Shown: in pieces, positions 49,480-64,000 of the stretch | Position numbering within the stretch: the stretch's first letter is position 1 | How the letters are laid out: the number at the start of each line of letters is the position of its first letter | Origin: the human T2T-CHM13v2.0 reference genome, Homo sapiens | Length of the DNA: 64,000 nucleotides | NCBI RefSeq assembly: GCF_009914755.1 | Contig: NC_060946.1 | Strand: one strand, 5' to 3' | Position numbers and translations under genes: made by a program | Notes under the pieces: generated by a model | Databases searched by the model: none | Seen by the model: the letters and a program-made list of their open reading frames with translations, nothing else | Told to the model about the DNA's origin: nothing

Positions 49480-49723
49480 GTAGGCACCGGGTTGTGGGAA
49501 GGAGGAGGTGAGCTCCGCAGGGTTGTTCTGAGGGGCCATGCAGCCACGTATTTTATAGAGGCCTGTGGGATGCTAGGGGCTTGGCCTCGTGTTTGAGGGG
49601 CAGAGCTGAAGAGGCTAGTTTTTGTTCTACGAAAGGGGCTTTTCTAGCCCAAACAATATCTAAAATACTTTTGAATGACTTAAATCTTGGAGAGTTTACG
49701 TGCACCTCCTGTTTTTTCCCTAG

Positions 49724-51907
49724 GATTATGACTTGTGTATCACCTGCTATAACACTAAAAACCATGACCACAAAATGGAGAAACTAGGCCTTGGCTTAGA
49801 TGATGAGAGCAACAACCAGCAGGCTGCAGCCACCCAGAGCCCAGGCGATTCTCGCCGCCTGAGTATCCAGCGCTGCATCCAGTCTCTGGTCCATGCTTGC
49901 CAGTGTCGGAATGCCAATTGCTCACTGCCATCCTGCCAGAAGATGAAGCGGGTTGTGCAGCATACCAAGGGTTGCAAACGGAAAACCAATGGCGGGTGCC
50001 CCATCTGCAAGCAGCTCATTGCCCTCTGCTGCTACCATGCCAAGCACTGCCAGGAGAACAAATGCCCGGTGCCGTTCTGCCTAAACATCAAGCAGAAGCT
50101 CCGGCAGCAACAGCTGCAGCACCGACTACAGCAGGCCCAAATGCTTCGCAGGAGGATGGCCAGCATGCAGCGGACTGGTGTGGTTGGGCAGCAACAGGGC
50201 CTCCCTTCCCCCACTCCTGCCACTCCAACGACACCAACTGGCCAACAGCCAACCACCCCGCAGACGCCCCAGCCCACTTCTCAGCCTCAGCCTACCCCTC
50301 CCAATAGCATGCCACCCTACTTGCCCAGGACTCAAGCTGCTGGCCCTGTGTCCCAGGGTAAGGCAGCAGGCCAGGTGACCCCTCCAACCCCTCCTCAGAC
50401 TGCTCAGCCACCCCTTCCAGGGCCCCCACCTGCAGCAGTGGAAATGGCAATGCAGATTCAGAGAGCAGCGGAGACGCAGCGCCAGATGGCCCACGTGCAA
50501 ATTTTTCAAAGGCCAATCCAACACCAGATGCCCCCGATGACTCCCATGGCCCCCATGGGTATGAACCCACCTCCCATGACCAGAGGTCCCAGTGGGCATT
50601 TGGAGCCAGGGATGGGACCGACAGGGATGCAGCAACAGCCACCCTGGAGCCAAGGAGGATTGCCTCAGCCCCAGCAACTACAGTCTGGGATGCCAAGGCC
50701 AGCCATGATGTCAGTGGCCCAGCATGGTCAACCTTTGAACATGGCTCCACAACCAGGATTGGGCCAGGTAGGTATCAGCCCACTCAAACCAGGCACTGTG
50801 TCTCAACAAGCCTTACAAAACCTTTTGCGGACTCTCAGGTCTCCCAGCTCTCCCCTGCAGCAGCAACAGGTGCTTAGTATCCTTCACGCCAACCCCCAGC
50901 TGTTGGCTGCATTCATCAAGCAGCGGGCTGCCAAGTATGCCAACTCTAATCCACAACCCATCCCTGGGCAGCCTGGCATGCCCCAGGGGCAGCCAGGGCT
51001 ACAGCCACCTACCATGCCAGGTCAGCAGGGGGTCCACTCCAATCCAGCCATGCAGAACATGAATCCAATGCAGGCGGGCGTTCAGAGGGCTGGCCTGCCC
51101 CAGCAGCAACCACAGCAGCAACTCCAGCCACCCATGGGAGGGATGAGCCCCCAGGCTCAGCAGATGAACATGAACCACAACACCATGCCTTCACAATTCC
51201 GAGACATCTTGAGACGACAGCAAATGATGCAACAGCAGCAGCAACAGGGAGCAGGGCCAGGAATAGGCCCTGGAATGGCCAACCATAACCAGTTCCAGCA
51301 ACCCCAAGGAGTTGGCTACCCACCACAGCAGCAGCAGCGGATGCAGCATCACATGCAACAGATGCAACAAGGAAATATGGGACAGATAGGCCAGCTTCCC
51401 CAGGCCTTGGGAGCAGAGGCAGGTGCCAGTCTACAGGCCTATCAGCAGCGACTCCTTCAGCAACAGATGGGGTCCCCTGTTCAGCCCAACCCCATGAGCC
51501 CCCAGCAGCATATGCTCCCAAATCAGGCCCAGTCCCCACACCTACAAGGCCAGCAGATCCCTAATTCTCTCTCCAATCAAGTGCGCTCTCCCCAGCCTGT
51601 CCCTTCTCCACGGCCACAGTCCCAGCCCCCCCACTCCAGTCCTTCCCCAAGGATGCAGCCTCAGCCTTCTCCACACCACGTTTCCCCACAGACAAGTTCC
51701 CCACATCCTGGACTGGTAGCTGCCCAGGCCAACCCCATGGAACAAGGGCATTTTGCCAGCCCGGACCAGAATTCAATGCTTTCTCAGCTTGCTAGCAATC
51801 CAGGCATGGCAAACCTCCATGGTGCAAGCGCCACGGACCTGGGACTCAGCACCGATAACTCAGACTTGAATTCAAACCTCTCACAGAGTACACTAGACAT
51901 ACACTAG
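49724..51907 (+). CDS. EP300: EP300 exon 31 coding part (ZZ end, TAZ2, NCBD/IBiD, Q/P-rich tail; TAG stop)
   Basis: ccctag|GATTATGAC...; 724-aa ORF ending [11 protein letters not shown] at 51905-51907. Confidence 0.98.
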   Translation, partial: DYDLCITCYNTKNHDHKMEKLGLGLDDESNNQQAAATQSPGDSRRLSIQRCIQSLVHACQCRNANCSLPSCQKMKRVVQHTKGCKRKTNGGCPICKQLIALCCYHAKHCQENKCPVPFCLNIKQKLRQQQLQHRLQQAQMLRRRMASMQRTGVVGQQQGLPSPTPATPTTPTGQQPTTPQTPQPTSQPQPTPPNSMPPYLPRTQAAGPVSQGKAAGQVTPPTPPQTAQPPLPGPPPAAVEMAMQIQRAAETQRQMAHVQIFQRPIQHQMPPMTPMAPMGMNPPPMTRGPSGHLEPGMGPTGMQQQPPWSQGGLPQPQQLQSGMPRPAMMSVAQHGQPLNMAPQPGLGQVGISPLKPGTVSQQALQNLLRTLRSPSSPLQQQQVLSILHANPQLLAAFIKQRAAKYANSNPQPIPGQPGMPQGQPGLQPPTMPGQQGVHSNPAMQNMNPMQAGVQRAGLPQQQPQQQLQPPMGGMSPQAQQMNMNHNTMPSQFRDILRRQQMMQQQQQQGAGPGIGPGMANHNQFQQPQGVGYPPQQQQRMQHHMQQMQQGNMGQIGQLPQALGAEAGASLQAYQQRLLQQQMGSPVQPNPMSPQQHMLPNQAQSPHLQGQQIPNSLSNQVRSPQPVPSPRPQSQPPHSSPSPRMQPQPSPHHVSPQTSSPHPGLVAAQANPMEQGHFASPDQNSMLSQLASNPGMANLHGASATDLGLSTDNSDLNSNLSQSTLDIH

Positions 51908-52827
51908 AGACACCTTGTATTTTGGGAGCAAAAAAATTATTTTCTCTTAACAAGACTTTTTGTACTGAAAACAATTTTTTTGAATCTTTCGTAGCCTAAA
52001 AGACAATTTTCCTTGGAACACATAAGAACTGTGCAGTAGCCGTTTGTGGTTTAAAGCAAACATGCAAGATGAACCTGAGGGATGATAGAATACAAAGAAT
52101 ATATTTTTGTTATGGCTGGTTACCACCAGCCTTTCTTCCCCTTTGTGTGTGTGGTTCAAGTGTGCACTGGGAGGAGGCTGAGGCCTGTGAAGCCAAACAA
52201 TATGCTCCTGCCTTGCACCTCCAATAGGTTTTATTATTTTTTTTAAATTAATGAACATATGTAATATTAATAGTTATTATTTACTGGTGCAGATGGTTGA
52301 CATTTTTCCCTATTTTCCTCACTTTATGGAAGAGTTAAAACATTTCTAAACCAGAGGACAAAAGGGGTTAATGTTACTTTAAAATTACATTCTATATATA
52401 TATAAATATATATAAATATATATTAAAATACCAGTTTTTTTTCTCTGGGTGCAAAGATGTTCATTCTTTTAAAAAATGTTTAAAAAAAAAAAAAAAACTG
52501 CCTTTCTTCCCCTCAAGTCAACTTTTGTGCTCCAGAAAATTTTCTATTCTGTAAGTCTGAGCGTAAAACTTCAAGTATTAAAATAATTTGTACATGTAGA
52601 GAGAAAAATGACTTTTTCAAAAATATACAGGGGCAGCTGCCAAATTGATGTATTATATATTGTGGTTTCTGTTTCTTGAAAGAATTTTTTTCGTTATTTT
52701 TACATCTAACAAAGTAAAAAAATTAAAAAGAGGGTAAGAAACGATTCCGGTGGGATGATTTTAACATGCAAAATGTCCCTGGGGGTTTCTTCTTTGCTTG
52801 CTTTCTTCCTCCTTACCCTACCCCCCA

Positions 52828-52830
<3 letters not shown>

Positions 52831-52858
<28 letters not shown>
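52831..52858. repeat. (AC)14 microsatellite in the 3'UTR
   Basis: Direct reading. Confidence 0.95.
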
Positions 52859-52860
<2 letters not shown>

Positions 52861-52955
52861 TCTATAAAACTTGAAAATAGCAAAAACCCTCAACTGTTGT
52901 AAATCATGCAATTAAAGTTGATTACTTATAAATATGAACTTTGGATCACTGTATA

Positions 52956-52963
52956 GACTGTTA
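52956..52963 (+). promoter_or_regulatory. miR-132/212 8mer seed match (GACTGTTA)
   Basis: Exact complement of seed AACAGUC plus A1; p300 is a recognised miR-132 target. Confidence 0.6.
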
Positions 52964-52990
52964 AATTTGATTTCTTATTACCTATTGTTA

Positions 52991-52996
52991 AATAAA
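52991..52996 (+). terminator. Polyadenylation signal AATAAA (ATTAAA also at 52911)
   Basis: gttaAATAAActgtgtg followed by a T/GT-rich downstream element (ctgactttgtttc). Confidence 0.85.
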
Positions 52997-53378
52997 CTGT
53001 GTGAGACAGACACCCTGACTTTGTTTCACTTGATAACACATCTTTGTCTTGGAGTACACCCGTTTTAAGTGCCTAATGCTTAGGATTCAGAGGAAAAAGT
53101 GAAAGCATTAGCTTATAGCCTCTTTAATCTACTACGTATAATGTATTCACAAGTAGATCTTGGTGAATTTATCCAAAGTTCTGGGAAAAAGTACTGCAGG
53201 TACCAGCTAACAGTCAAGGTGGAAGTGATAACCTACTTAACACCTTGATACAGGACCCCTTAAGGATGACCTCATGGTCTTCCAATCACCTTCATCTTAC
53301 AGGGATGAGAAGGAGGACCTAAGAAGACGGATCATATCTGCCTAAGTCCCAAGTAACTTCTTGGAAAAAACAAGACTT

Positions 53379-63800
<10,422 letters not shown>

Positions 63801-64000
63801 GGTAAAATATGTTGCAAAAATATTAAATACAATTTACACTTCTATATTTTAAAAATTAAGCTGAAACAGGGATTAAGTTAGTATTCAAAATACATGCCAT
63901 CAGATCCAGTACACCTGCAAGGACAGGGTCACAGATTTGACTTTTAGCTTCTTAGCCACGGAAGGAAAGCGTTCAAAACAATCAGTTATATGATTGTATC

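Larger units (their letters stand above)
51908..53012 (+). other. EP300: EP300 3'UTR
   Basis: AT-rich, Alu-free segment after the stop codon; ends about 15 nt after AATAAA (cleavage site approximate). Confidence 0.85.

Noticed and set aside
49747-51776. Antisense and alternate-frame ORFs over exon 31 (and over exon 14)
   Set aside because: Shadow ORFs of GC-rich, CAG/CCA-rich coding sequence, with no independent support.
52482-52497. A16 run in the 3'UTR as a proximal poly(A) site
   Set aside because: A genomic A-run, likely to cause oligo-dT internal priming; the nearest ATTAAA is ~55 nt upstream.

Overview
Human (great-ape-type) genomic DNA containing most of EP300 (histone acetyltransferase p300) on the + strand: 28 coding exons (conventional exons 4-31, 392..51907), all bounded by GT-AG and in frame, followed by a ~1.1 kb 3'UTR with AATAAA at 52991. 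The exons encode TAZ1, KIX, bromodomain, RING/PHD, HAT, ZZ, TAZ2 and the NCBD/Q-P-rich tail. The introns and 3' flank are very Alu-rich and also hold MIR, DNA-transposon and old L1 remnants, a degraded U6 snRNA copy and a near-consensus AluYa5. Almost all non-EP300 ORFs in the track are Alu or low-complexity artefacts. Two things stand out. (1) The 3' end of intron 19 has a 351-nt AG-free zone with a candidate distant branch point. Its first AG would add an in-frame 10-aa insert (SSPQYGLLAD) to the RING region, and the zone comes with YGCY/UG motifs, a possible U-rich/A-rich hairpin and an upstream G-quadruplex motif. (2) An LRRC37-family retrocopy has its poly(A) tail, polyadenylation signal and TSD oriented antisense to the coding sequence, nested in an Alu stack inside an L1. 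Exon numbers, residue numbers and repeat subfamily names are from memory and were not checked by search. I see no wholly new gene system.
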